This document shows positions 24,849 to 34,718 of a stretch of DNA of 64,000 nt, one piece after another. Under the pieces are notes generated by a model. It was not told the origin of the DNA, did no database searches, and was given only the letters and a program-made list of their open reading frames with translations. This stretch comes from Bacilli bacterium. GTDB taxonomy: Bacteria; Bacillota_I; Bacilli_A; RFN20; CAG-826. The translations under genes and the position numbers were made by a program. The stretch is from positions 5,587 through 69,586 of the forward strand of contig JAFYAZ010000039.1 in the NCBI GenBank assembly GCA_017540455.1. Direction: 5' to 3'. Within the stretch, counting starts at the first letter, position 1. Every line of letters begins with the position of its first letter.

Positions 24849-24872
24849 GACCGGGTTTTCTTTTTCCCGGTC
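24849..24872. terminator. bidirectional terminator hairpin between convergent genes
   Basis: The hairpin is GACCGGG-ttttcttttt-CCCGGTC, with A/T runs on both sides. Confidence 0.65.
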
Positions 24873-24873
24873 G

Positions 24874-25248
24874 TTATTTGTTGAGGACGTTCTTCTTGAT
24901 GGCCTCGAAGGTTTCTTCGGAGAGGTCGTGCTCGACTTTGCAAGCGTCTCGGAGGGCCACTTTCTCATCAACACCAAGCTTGATGAAGATCTGACTGAGG
25001 ATCTTATGCCTCTCATACATCTTCTCAGCAATCTCTAGTCCTTTAGGGGTGAGATAGAGCTGTTGCTTTGGTCCTAGTTCGACGAATCCCCCTTGCTCAA
25101 GCTTCTTCATGGCGATCGAGACACTAGGCTTGCTATAGGAAAAAGACTTGGCGATATCGACTGCCCTTACTTCTTTGTCTCCCCTCTCTTCTTGGAGGAT
25201 GAGGATTCGCTCAAGATAATCTTCAGCGGATTCATGGGTGACAGGCAT
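24874..25248 (-). CDS. mntR: DtxR/MntR-family metal-dependent transcriptional regulator
   Basis: 124 aa. The N-terminus SAEDYLERILILQEERGDKEVRAVDIAKSFSYSKPSVSIAMKKLEQGGFV is a winged-helix region followed by a dimerisation helix. This is the typical MntR size and pattern. Confidence 0.7.
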   Translation of the reverse strand: MPVTHESAEDYLERILILQEERGDKEVRAVDIAKSFSYSKPSVSIAMKKLEQGGFVELGPKQQLYLTPKGLEIAEKMYERHKILSQIFIKLGVDEKVALRDACKVEHDLSEETFEAIKKNVLNK

Positions 25249-25406
25249 GCTTTTATTCCTCTTTTTCTAGGTATTAGTTTGGGTTTTGGGGATACCTTTG
25301 TCAAGGTAAGACGGATTTGGAAAGATGGGGTTTTGTGGGTGAAATATGAAAAAATACCCTGCAAAACAAGGTATTTCATTCAAAAAGAACAAAGATGCGA
25401 CGTATC

Positions 25407-26402
25407 TCAGAGATACACACAATCGCAACCCTCTGGCACAACAAGATGGGAGTTTCCCTCTTCGTCGAGATAGTACTCATCGCACACAAAGTCCATCACC
25501 CTTTTAATAGGGAGCAAGTAGAAAACCGTTTTTTCCGGCACATAGTATTTGAAGTCATAATCGTACTTGTCATCAAGGTCGAATAGATTCGTGCCAGTTC
25601 TTGTTCTTTCATAGACGAAACGATATTGATTGGTGAAGTATAGGGCGAATGTGCCACGATAATGGAACTGGTAGTATTTTCTATGGTCGCTCTCGTTCTT
25701 TAACGTGACGCTCTTTTGCTCTTCAGCGTAGGAAACTTCCGTTCCTGCTACCCATTTCAGATCGCTGTAGAGACCATTTGACACCACAGTGGAAGATTCG
25801 GGTCCAGCTACGCCCCATGTTTTAAAATCCGCAAGGCTGTTGCCGGTACCGAGGCTGATGCCAAGCCTTTCGAATTCTGATTCTGCGATTTTATTGACGC
25901 GGTCAATCACGTCAGCGGTGTTCTCGGTTGAAACGGGCCTACTAGGCACCGTTAAAGTGACTGTGGTGTCGCTATTTGGAGGCAAGCTAAGGATGCTGCT
26001 ATCTTCCACAGGAAGGCTGACATACTTCGCGAATTTGTATGTAAAGGTCTTTTTGTCGGTGAGCCATTCGGTGAGTGGTTCCTGCCAATACACCCAGTTG
26101 GAAAGGTAGGTTACGCGTTCCTTGTCATAATGAGCCGTTTCAACGCTTATGACGTCGCCGAAAATCTCATTGGTCGAACGCGCAAATTCAATGAGCGAGT
26201 TGCCTTTTCCGACGATATCGAAATCATTGCAGACGTCATCGGCATAGATGACGTTAGGTCCGTCCACAAACGGAGCGGATGGATCATAATAATCCGAATC
26301 CTCTATTAGAGACCGAGACTCAGGAGCTGTGCACGAAGCAAGGGAAATGAGCGCAATAACGTTGATTATCTTTTTGGCTAAACGATTCTTTTTGGCTTTC
26401 AT
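25407..26402 (-). CDS. lipoprotein, hypothetical
   Basis: The track ORF is trimmed to ATG 26402 (MKAKKNRLAKKIINVIALISLASC), with AAAGGGG upstream. Lipobox is LASC. I recognised no family. Confidence 0.6.
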   Translation of the reverse strand: MKAKKNRLAKKIINVIALISLASCTAPESRSLIEDSDYYDPSAPFVDGPNVIYADDVCNDFDIVGKGNSLIEFARSTNEIFGDVISVETAHYDKERVTYLSNWVYWQEPLTEWLTDKKTFTYKFAKYVSLPVEDSSILSLPPNSDTTVTLTVPSRPVSTENTADVIDRVNKIAESEFERLGISLGTGNSLADFKTWGVAGPESSTVVSNGLYSDLKWVAGTEVSYAEEQKSVTLKNESDHRKYYQFHYRGTFALYFTNQYRFVYERTRTGTNLFDLDDKYDYDFKYYVPEKTVFYLLPIKRVMDFVCDEYYLDEEGNSHLVVPEGCDCVYL

Positions 26403-26535
26403 ACGATTACCCCTTTCGCAAACGGTGAGATTATAGAATTTTTCGCGCGAAATAATCAAGCCGTTTAATAGGCTTTTTTTCGAGTTTGATTGTTTGCGGT
26501 ATCAAATAAAAAATACCCTGCAAAACCAAGGTATT

Positions 26536-26760
26536 TTATTCTTTATCTTCTTCTGCCTTTTCCTCAACGGGGGGCTCAGGTTTGACGTAGTTCTTTGGGC
26601 GTTCCATGAGGAAGATGAAGGTCAGGGTCGTGGCCTCGTATTTCCACATCTTGAGGGTCCAGCCTTCTTTGAAATACTCATTGGCCTCCTTTAGGGCTCC
26701 AGCGTATTCCCTATTTCTGATGAAATAGTAATCGTATTCGTTTTTCTTCTTCTTGTTCAT
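26536..26760 (-). CDS. small hypothetical protein
   Basis: 74 aa counted from ATG 26760 (MNKKKKNEYDYYF...). The start overlaps the exoA stop as ATGA, suggesting translational coupling. Confidence 0.5.
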   Translation of the reverse strand: MNKKKKNEYDYYFIRNREYAGALKEANEYFKEGWTLKMWKYEATTLTFIFLMERPKNYVKPEPPVEEKAEEDKE

Positions 26761-27521
26761 AAATCGATTTCCATTAAGACCGGGCAATGGTCGCTTCCTT
26801 TGATGTCAGAAAGGATCTTTGATTCCCTGACTTTGTTTTTGAGGGACTCACTCACGATGAAGTAGTCGATTCTCCAACCGATGTTCTTCTCTCTTGAGTT
26901 GAAACGGTATGACCACCAGGAATATTCGACATCCGTCGGATGAAGATACCTGAAGGTATCGACATATCCTTTGGAGAGGAGATTGCTGAACATGCTTCTC
27001 TCCTCATCGGTGAAGCCAGGGTTATGGTGATTGGAATCAGGGTTTTTTAAGTCGATCTCATTATGGGCGACATTGAGGTCCCCTGTATAGACGACAGGTT
27101 TCTTTTTCTCGAGTTCGGCAAAGTATTCGACGAGATCATGTTCATACTCGGTTCTGAATGGGAGGCGTTTCAGCTCTTCTCCGGAGTTAGGGACGTACGC
27201 GCCTACAAAGTAGAAGTCTTCGAATTCAAGGGTGATGACCCTTCCTTCTTCGTCGTATTTGTTATTGAGGAGGCCATAATGAACGCTTAAAGGTTCCTTC
27301 TTGGAGTAGATGGCTACCCCACTGTAACCCTTACGGACTTGGGAGGTTCTTTGATACGCGAAATATCCTTCAGGAAGGAAAGGGAATTCCTCTTTTGGGT
27401 TATCGGTGTATTTGGTTTCCTCGATGACGAAGATATCCGCGTCGAGTTTGTTGAAATCAGAGACAAAATCCTTTTTGAGGATGGCTCTAAGTCCATTGAC
27501 GTTGAATGAAACGAATCTCAT
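26757..27521 (-). CDS. exoA: exodeoxyribonuclease III (AP endonuclease, Xth/ExoA family)
   Basis: 254 aa. The pattern MRFVSFNVNGLRA...IEETK...GYSGVAIYSK...GDLNVAHNEIDL...WSYR...GWRIDY...SDHCPV is the canonical EEP-fold ExoIII signature. Confidence 0.9.
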   Translation of the reverse strand: MRFVSFNVNGLRAILKKDFVSDFNKLDADIFVIEETKYTDNPKEEFPFLPEGYFAYQRTSQVRKGYSGVAIYSKKEPLSVHYGLLNNKYDEEGRVITLEFEDFYFVGAYVPNSGEELKRLPFRTEYEHDLVEYFAELEKKKPVVYTGDLNVAHNEIDLKNPDSNHHNPGFTDEERSMFSNLLSKGYVDTFRYLHPTDVEYSWWSYRFNSREKNIGWRIDYFIVSESLKNKVRESKILSDIKGSDHCPVLMEIDL

Positions 27522-27573
27522 ATAAGGAGATTATAGCATCTCAGGCATATCTAAGAACATACGATGCGAGTTC

Positions 27574-28863
27574 TTAATCCATAAGGCATGCGATCGGTAT
27601 GACATAGACACCATCTTCTCGCTTCATGCCGTATTTTGTGCCAGTGATAACAATCTTCAAATCGGGGAGCCTCAATGGAGTTTGTTCTTCATTCTTATTG
27701 TGTTCCTTGATGAGTCTTTCTATTTCGAGCAAGTGCGCGGCGGCATCGTCAACCTCATTGTTTCCGAGTTTAAACTCCAAAAGAGCAAATCTACCATCTT
27801 TGAGATGCAACACACCATCAGCTTCCAAGCCATATCTGTCATGATAGTAAGACATTGAACCGTTCATTTTGCTTGAGTAAATCTTCAAATCCCTTATGCA
27901 CAAAGACTCAAACAAAAAGCCGAGCGTCTTAAAATCCGTATTGAAGAACGACGGATTGACACCTAAAGCCGCGACCGCTATTGATGGATCGACTAAATTT
28001 CGCTTATTGCTGGCCCTAATAGCCTCTCTAGACCTTATTGCAGGACACCATGCTGGGACATCTTCGACTATGTATAGTTTTTCTAAGGCTTGAACGTAAT
28101 CCAAGAAAGTCGGTTTGCTCATTGCTGTTGTTGATATAACGTCGCCATAAATCGTTTTCGTTTCTGCCATGGTACAGATGTTTCTGGCGTATGATCGAAG
28201 GATTTTTTCTGCCCACAAAGGATTGCGAGAAGTACCATCTATTCTCGAAATGTCCCTATGACATGTTTGGTAAAAAATATCTTCTGCTATGGCTAATTTG
28301 GCTTTCTTGGTTTTGTTCTTCAAGCTTCTTGGCCAGCCGCCTCGACAAATCGCAAAGACCAAGTCATCGAAAGAAAGCTTGGATTCAACAAATTCGAAAT
28401 CTTTTCCGTCAAAGAGATCCATAAGCGAGATGTCTCCTGTAGACTCTCCGCTTTCGTACAAACTCATAGGATACATTTTTAACGTTGATATTCTGGCCGT
28501 GCCGGTATGAGGTGTTTCGACATCGTTAGAGGAAGAACCGGTCAAAATATAAAGACCATTCTCATCGTTTCTATCATCAACGCTTTTTCTTATGGCCCCC
28601 CATATTTTGGGTGCATCTTGCCATTCGTCAAAGAGGCGAGGGTTATCGCCGATCAACAACTTTGAAGGCATGATATTCGCCGTTGCTAAATACCCATCTC
28701 GCAAATCTTCGTCTTGGAATTCGATGACGCTTCCAGCTTTTTCCTTGGCGGTGGTCGTCTTTCCGCAACCTTTTGGCCCCACGATCAAAGTCGCACCAAA
28801 AGCATCCAATTTGAATTGGAGTAAATCGTCAGCAATCCTCTTTTTGTAGTCTTTAATTTTCAT
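27574..28863 (-). CDS. ATP-binding protein (AAA_14 + DUF4143-type architecture)
   Basis: 429 aa. Walker A is IVGPKGCGKTT. The overall pattern is that of the widespread 'ATPase, AAA+ / DUF4143' family. The region is AT-rich. Confidence 0.6.
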   Translation of the reverse strand: MKIKDYKKRIADDLLQFKLDAFGATLIVGPKGCGKTTTAKEKAGSVIEFQDEDLRDGYLATANIMPSKLLIGDNPRLFDEWQDAPKIWGAIRKSVDDRNDENGLYILTGSSSNDVETPHTGTARISTLKMYPMSLYESGESTGDISLMDLFDGKDFEFVESKLSFDDLVFAICRGGWPRSLKNKTKKAKLAIAEDIFYQTCHRDISRIDGTSRNPLWAEKILRSYARNICTMAETKTIYGDVISTTAMSKPTFLDYVQALEKLYIVEDVPAWCPAIRSREAIRASNKRNLVDPSIAVAALGVNPSFFNTDFKTLGFLFESLCIRDLKIYSSKMNGSMSYYHDRYGLEADGVLHLKDGRFALLEFKLGNNEVDDAAAHLLEIERLIKEHNKNEEQTPLRLPDLKIVITGTKYGMKREDGVYVIPIACLMD

Positions 28864-29062
28864 TGGAAGGCCTCAAATTAATATTAGGTAAAAACGCCAC
28901 AAAAATCAACCATATTTTACATTTGTGCGGTGTTACGTTTTATGTTTGTGTTGTATTCCGCTTTACGTTTGTGCTGTTATACACTTTACAGATTCACAAG
29001 AATTCCAAAATGATACTATCCCCTTGTTCCCTAAGGGAACCTAATAAGTCTATAATTATGTG

Positions 29063-32000
29063 ATGAGTTTCGTCCCGCTTCATATCTATACAGGGTTTTC
29101 TTATCTTAAGAGCGCTTTGCCTGCCCAAAGGGTGCCTCTTTTGGCGAAGAAATATGGATTCGCCAAGGCCGGCATCACCGATGATGGATCGCTTTCCGGA
29201 TTCGCGCCTTTTGAACGCGCGTGCAAGGATGCGGGCGTCACACCTGTCTACGGCATGGACGCGACCATTGAGGAAGGAACTTTCACCCTCTTCGTTGAGA
29301 ATGAGGCGGGTTACAGAAATCTCCTTCATCTGACGAAGCTCGCTAGCGAAAAGAAACTGACTTTCTCTCACCTCAAAGAGAGGTCAACTGGTCTCGCTCT
29401 CGTCTATACGATGGACCCACTCCTCTTTGAGAACCGTTACCAGGCTTCTAGTGATGAACTCGCTTTAAAGATTGCTGAATACACAAAACCATTTGGCCAT
29501 GCCTATCTTGGTCTTCCATATCTCCCCCACGACCCAAAGATCGTTAATGACCTCCGTTCTTTCGCGGCCGCTCATTCATTTGAGGTCGTCGCTTTCCCTA
29601 AGATTCTCTATGAAAAGCCTGAGGATGCGATCGCTTTAGAGATCCTTCACGCGATTGCTGAGAAGACCAACCTCGAGGAGAAAGAGAAGAAAGGCGACGA
29701 ATGCTTCAGGAAGGAGGAAGACCTTTCGAAGTATTACACCCTCGAGGAGATGAAACGCACTGAAACGATTGCTTCGTTACAAAGTGAATTCAAGCTCATC
29801 ACCAAAAGAGGCGGTCTCCTTAAGTTCCATAATGACCTAGGCTTATCTAGCCCTGAATATCTCACCAAACTCGCCTTCGACGGATTAAAAGAGAAGGGAT
29901 TTGCTGAGAATAATGACTACATTAAGCGTCTCAATTACGAATTGGACGTCATCATCAAGATGGGGTATGCAGACTACTTCCTCATCGTTGCCGATTACGT
30001 CAATTGGGCGATCACCCATGGCGTCTCCGTTGGCCCTGGCCGTGGATCAGGCGCCGGTTCACTTGTCTCTTATTGTTTGGGCATCGTTACCGTTGACCCA
30101 ATCAAATACGGGCTCCTCTTTGAGCGTTTCCTCAATCCTGAGCGTATCTCCCTCCCTGATATCGACTGCGACTTCGCCGATGATAGGCGTGACCTTGTCG
30201 TCAGATACATCCAAAACAAATATGGCGAAGACCATGTCGGTTATGTTTTGACCACCCAGAATATCAAAGCCCAACAGGCCTTAAGGGATATCGGAAGGGT
30301 TTATCAGTATAGGCAAAACGAGATTGAGCTCATGTGCTCCAGCATCGTCGACCCTCGTCTCTCTTTGAGAGAGAACTACAAACGTAGCCCTAAGCTCAAA
30401 GAGCTAGTCGATTCTGACAAATACTTCCTCACCTACATCTCTCTTGCTGCGAAGATCGAAGGCATCCCAAGGCAAGCGGGCCTCCATGCCGCAGGCATCG
30501 TCGTCAATGACAAACCGTTAGAAGAATGCCTCCCGGTCATGATGGAAGAGAATATCGGTTCTGTCGCTTGCTTAGAGAAAGATTACCTCGAAGATCAAGG
30601 CTTCCTTAAGATGGACATCCTTGGACTTACTAACCTCACGATCATCGACCAAGTCATCGCGATGGTCAAAAAGAACGAAGGGATTGACCTCAATTACAGA
30701 GAACTCCCTTATGACGACGCGGAATCCATCAAGATCATCGCCGAGAACAAAACGATGGGTCTTTTCCAGCTTGAATCCGCGGGCATGAAGAAAGCGATCA
30801 GGGTTGTTCAGCCTTCATCATTCAACGATGTCGCTGCCCTTCTCGCCTTATTTAGACCAGGCCCAATGGATTCGATCGCGACATACGCGAGAAGAAAGCA
30901 TGGCCAAGAGAAGGTTCAGTACCTCGCTCCTGAACTTGAAGAAATCCTCAAAGAGACATACGGCATCATCGTCTACCAAGAGCAGATCATGAGAATCGTC
31001 CGTGAAATGGCGGGATTCTCTTATGGCCAGGCTGATATGTTTAGACGCGCCATCTCGAAGAAAGACATGGCCAAACTCGAAGCTCAGAAAGGCCTATTCA
31101 TCAAAGGCTGCTTATCTAATGGAAAGAGCCAGGCTTTGAGCGAGAAGGTCTTTGACCTTATCTTCAGGTTTGCCAACTACGGATTCAACAAAGCCCACGC
31201 CTTCTCATATGCGGTCATCACCTGTCAGATGGCTTATCTCAAGAAGCATTATCCTCGTGAGTTCTATTGCGCGATTCTTGCAAGCCAAGACCCTGCCACC
31301 ACCAAATTCAAAGACACATTAAGCGAGGTGAAAGCCTTAGGGCTTCATCTTGCCGTTCCTGATATCAATAGAAGCGAAGAATCCTTCGTCATCGAAGGAA
31401 AGGCTATCAGATTCCCTCTATCCTCCATCAAAGGACTTGGAGGACAGATCGTTGGGGCCATCCTTGATGAAAGAAGGGCGAACGGCCCATATGAGGACAT
31501 CTTCGACTTCGCGGCGAGAAACAAGAAGAACGGACTTAATCTCCCAACCCTTGTGAAGCTCATCGATGCAGGCGCTTTAGATACCTTGTACCCAAGCAGA
31601 GCCTCTCTTAGAGCGGCTTCTTCCCCTGCCATGAATTACAGCGAACTCATGTATGGCGACGATGGCCAGCAAATCCTTCTTAACATTGGGGTTTCTAAAC
31701 CTGCGATGGAAAAGAGGGAAGACGATCAGATGACCAACTTGGCCGCTGAATATGAAGCCCTTGGCATCATGGTGAGCGGTTCCCGTTTATCCTTCATCGA
31801 AGACAAACTAAAGGCCGCAAAAGTGGCTCCTTTATCAGAAATCCCCAACAAAACCGGCTCATTCTTGACCGCAGGCATCATCAAATCAGCGAGATCAATC
31901 ACCACGAAGACCGGGAAGAAGATGGCCTTCATGGAACTCTATGACGACCTTAGCGAGGCTTCCTTCATCCTCTTTGATGAGGTCTTCAATCAGAACTTCC

Positions 32001-32116
32001 CATTGCTTAAAACAGACAACATCATCCTTGTGAGAGCCCACAAGGAAACCAGAAGATATAACAATAACGGCGAAGAGTCATATGTCGTCGAAGAGGTTAG
32101 CAGCGTAGGAGACTAG
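29063..32116 (+). CDS. dnaE: DNA polymerase III alpha subunit (DnaE type)
   Basis: It has the PHP N-terminus FVPLHIYTGFSYL, GPGRGSGAGSLVSYCLGIT.VDP, PDIDCDF and FNKAHAFSYA. The track ORF starts at GTG 29060. ATG 29063 was chosen and no clear SD is present. Confidence 0.9.
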   Translation: MSFVPLHIYTGFSYLKSALPAQRVPLLAKKYGFAKAGITDDGSLSGFAPFERACKDAGVTPVYGMDATIEEGTFTLFVENEAGYRNLLHLTKLASEKKLTFSHLKERSTGLALVYTMDPLLFENRYQASSDELALKIAEYTKPFGHAYLGLPYLPHDPKIVNDLRSFAAAHSFEVVAFPKILYEKPEDAIALEILHAIAEKTNLEEKEKKGDECFRKEEDLSKYYTLEEMKRTETIASLQSEFKLITKRGGLLKFHNDLGLSSPEYLTKLAFDGLKEKGFAENNDYIKRLNYELDVIIKMGYADYFLIVADYVNWAITHGVSVGPGRGSGAGSLVSYCLGIVTVDPIKYGLLFERFLNPERISLPDIDCDFADDRRDLVVRYIQNKYGEDHVGYVLTTQNIKAQQALRDIGRVYQYRQNEIELMCSSIVDPRLSLRENYKRSPKLKELVDSDKYFLTYISLAAKIEGIPRQAGLHAAGIVVNDKPLEECLPVMMEENIGSVACLEKDYLEDQGFLKMDILGLTNLTIIDQVIAMVKKNEGIDLNYRELPYDDAESIKIIAENKTMGLFQLESAGMKKAIRVVQPSSFNDVAALLALFRPGPMDSIATYARRKHGQEKVQYLAPELEEILKETYGIIVYQEQIMRIVREMAGFSYGQADMFRRAISKKDMAKLEAQKGLFIKGCLSNGKSQALSEKVFDLIFRFANYGFNKAHAFSYAVITCQMAYLKKHYPREFYCAILASQDPATTKFKDTLSEVKALGLHLAVPDINRSEESFVIEGKAIRFPLSSIKGLGGQIVGAILDERRANGPYEDIFDFAARNKKNGLNLPTLVKLIDAGALDTLYPSRASLRAASSPAMNYSELMYGDDGQQILLNIGVSKPAMEKREDDQMTNLAAEYEALGIMVSGSRLSFIEDKLKAAKVAPLSEIPNKTGSFLTAGIIKSARSITTKTGKKMAFMELYDDLSEASFILFDEVFNQNFPLLKTDNIILVRAHKETRRYNNNGEESYVVEEVSSVGD

Positions 32117-32118
32117 TT

Positions 32119-34716
32119 ATGAAAGAAATCAAGATCATCGATGGAAATTCCCTCTTGTTCAGGGCCTACTACGCGACCGCTTACCCAGGCGCGCCTCTGA
32201 TGTCGACCAAGACTGGCATTCCAACCAATGCCGTATTCGCTTTTTCGAACATGCTCGCCAAATTCCTCTTCTCCCTCAAAGAGGGTGACAGCATCTTCAT
32301 CGGCTTCGACAAAGATGGAGACACTTTCAGAAAGCAGGAGTTTGAAGCATACAAAGCCAACAGAAAACCTTGCCCTCCTGACTTAATCAAACAGTTCCCT
32401 ATCTCTAGAGAGCTATGCAAAGTCCTCAATATCGTCTGCTACGAAGAGCATGGCATTGAGGCCGACGATATCTGCGGCACCGTCGCCAAGATGGCATCCA
32501 AAGCCGGAATGAAAGTCACCGTCTATACGAGTGACAAAGACTATCTCCAGCTTATCGACAAGAACATTTCCATCTCCTTACTCCGTAAAGGATTGAGTGA
32601 TATGGATTTGGTAACTGAAGCGAATATGGTTGAGAAATTTGGCTTCTCCCCTCTTCAGATCATCGATTACAAAGGCCTTAGAGGCGACGCATCAGACAAC
32701 CTCCCTGGCATTCCAGGCGTTGGCGAGATCACTGCCGTCAAACTCATCCAGGAATACGGATCATTCGAGAAGATCATCGAGGCCGCCCCTACTATGAAAG
32801 GCAAGATCGGCCAGAAGATCATCGAAGGCGCAGAGCAAGGCAGGATGTGCTATGAGTTAGCCACCATCAAGACCGATGCCAAACTTCCATTCCAGTTATC
32901 CGACTTCGTCTATCAGGGATATGACGCCCAAGAAGTCATGGATTTCGCCCGCAAATACGAATTAAAACAATTCCCATCAAGACTCCCGGCCAGTCAAAAG
33001 AAAGGCGAACAGACGAAGAGAGAGATTTCCTCTGAGATCGTCTCTTCCTTCAAAGGGATTGAGCTTGGTGAGAATATCGGCGTCGCTTTAGATATCGACT
33101 TTGATGAATATCATGGAGCGGAACTTAATGGCCTTTCCATCTCCACCAAAGAGAAAGCGTACTACATCTCCGAAGAGAATCTCATCAAAGATGAAGCCTT
33201 GAAGAAGATCCTTGAAGACGAATCCATCAAGAAGAACGTCTATGATGCGAAAGCCTCCATCTATGCGCTTAAGAGAGTTGGCATTGAGCTCAAAGGCATC
33301 AAGAACGATATATTGTTGGCCGCCTACCTCTTAGACAGCTCCACTTCATCCAATCCGATGATCGTATATGGCTCCTTTGGCGTCGCTCTTGATGATACGA
33401 AAGATGAGGTGTCTTTGCTCTCGTCAGCTAGACCTAACCTCACCATCCAGATGGCCTACTATTCCCTCTATCTCGAAGAGAAGATGATCAGCGGCCTTAC
33501 CGAGGTTGGGGCGATTGACCTATATCGCAATATCGAATTGCCTCTTTCCATCGTTCTAAGTGACATGGAATATGAAGGCTTCCCTCTCAAACTCGATGAC
33601 TTATATGCCTATGGCAAAGAATTCGAAAGGAAGAGAGACGCCGCGAAAGATGAGCTCACCAAATTAGCGGGCGAACCATTCAACCCTAATTCCTCAAAGC
33701 AGGTCGCTTTCATCCTTTATGAGAAGCTTGGGCTTCCCGACAGAAAGAAAGGGAGCACCGATGTCGATGCCCTTAATGATTTGCTTGGCATCCATCCAAT
33801 CATTGAGAAGCTTCTTGAATACAGGAAGTATGCGAAGCTCATGTCGACATACATCAATGGACTTGCCCCACACGTCAAAAACGACGGCAAAATCCACACG
33901 TATTTCAATCAAGCCCAGACAACGACAGGTCGTTTATCCTCCTCTTCCCCTAACCTCCAGAATATCAGCGCCCGCGACGAAGAAGGCAAGATGATCAGAA
34001 AGGCCTTCTACTATGATGACCCTGATATCTCTTTGCTCTCTTTGGACTATGGGCAAATTGAGTTAAGAATCCTCGCTGCCCTTTCTGGATGCGAGACATA
34101 TATCAACGTCTTCCAAGAAGGGCACGATGTCCACACCGAGACCGCGAAGAGGATCTTCCATACCGAAGAGGTCACCCCTCTTATGAGAAGACGTGCGAAA
34201 GCGGTCAACTTTGCTATCATCTACGGCACGACCGTCTTTGGACTTGCACAGCAGATCGGTTGTTCAAACAAAGAAGCCCAGGACATCATCCGTTCCTTCT
34301 ATCTCGCCTATCCTGAGATCAGGGAATACCTCAATTCCATCATCGAGGAATGCGAGACCAAAGGATACGTTAAGACGATGTTCGGAAGAAAGAGATATCT
34401 CCGCGATATCAATAACCCTTCCTATATGGTGAGGGAGGCCGCTAAGCGAGCGGCTTTGAACGCTCCAGTCCAAGGGACTGCCGCTGACCTCATCAAGAAC
34501 GCGATGGTCAAGATCTATGACTTCCTTAACAAGGGAGGTTACAAGACCAAGATGGTTCTTCAGATCCATGACGAACTCATCTTTGCCGTACCGAAAGAAG
34601 AGATGAACAAGATCGAACCAGAGATCGAAAGAATCATGACCGAATCCGTCGATCTCAAAGTCAAACTAACCGTTGAGAAAGGAATCGGCCATACTTGGTA
34701 TGACGCGAAGGACTAA
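32119..34716 (+). CDS. polA: DNA polymerase I
   Basis: 865 aa. The 5'-nuclease N-terminus has IDGNSLLFRAYYA and GIPGVGEITA. Pol motifs are LSLDYGQIELRILA, RRRAKAVNFAIIYG and LQIHDELIF. Confidence 0.9.
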   Translation: MKEIKIIDGNSLLFRAYYATAYPGAPLMSTKTGIPTNAVFAFSNMLAKFLFSLKEGDSIFIGFDKDGDTFRKQEFEAYKANRKPCPPDLIKQFPISRELCKVLNIVCYEEHGIEADDICGTVAKMASKAGMKVTVYTSDKDYLQLIDKNISISLLRKGLSDMDLVTEANMVEKFGFSPLQIIDYKGLRGDASDNLPGIPGVGEITAVKLIQEYGSFEKIIEAAPTMKGKIGQKIIEGAEQGRMCYELATIKTDAKLPFQLSDFVYQGYDAQEVMDFARKYELKQFPSRLPASQKKGEQTKREISSEIVSSFKGIELGENIGVALDIDFDEYHGAELNGLSISTKEKAYYISEENLIKDEALKKILEDESIKKNVYDAKASIYALKRVGIELKGIKNDILLAAYLLDSSTSSNPMIVYGSFGVALDDTKDEVSLLSSARPNLTIQMAYYSLYLEEKMISGLTEVGAIDLYRNIELPLSIVLSDMEYEGFPLKLDDLYAYGKEFERKRDAAKDELTKLAGEPFNPNSSKQVAFILYEKLGLPDRKKGSTDVDALNDLLGIHPIIEKLLEYRKYAKLMSTYINGLAPHVKNDGKIHTYFNQAQTTTGRLSSSSPNLQNISARDEEGKMIRKAFYYDDPDISLLSLDYGQIELRILAALSGCETYINVFQEGHDVHTETAKRIFHTEEVTPLMRRRAKAVNFAIIYGTTVFGLAQQIGCSNKEAQDIIRSFYLAYPEIREYLNSIIEECETKGYVKTMFGRKRYLRDINNPSYMVREAAKRAALNAPVQGTAADLIKNAMVKIYDFLNKGGYKTKMVLQIHDELIFAVPKEEMNKIEPEIERIMTESVDLKVKLTVEKGIGHTWYDAKD

Positions 34717-34718
34717 AG

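Noticed and set aside
29051-29065. TATAAT immediately before the dnaE start, suggesting a leaderless mRNA
   Set aside because: There is no acceptable -35 at 16-18 nt spacing (nearest is TTGTTC with a 21-nt spacer). This is too weak to claim, so the dnaE start context is left as uncertain.
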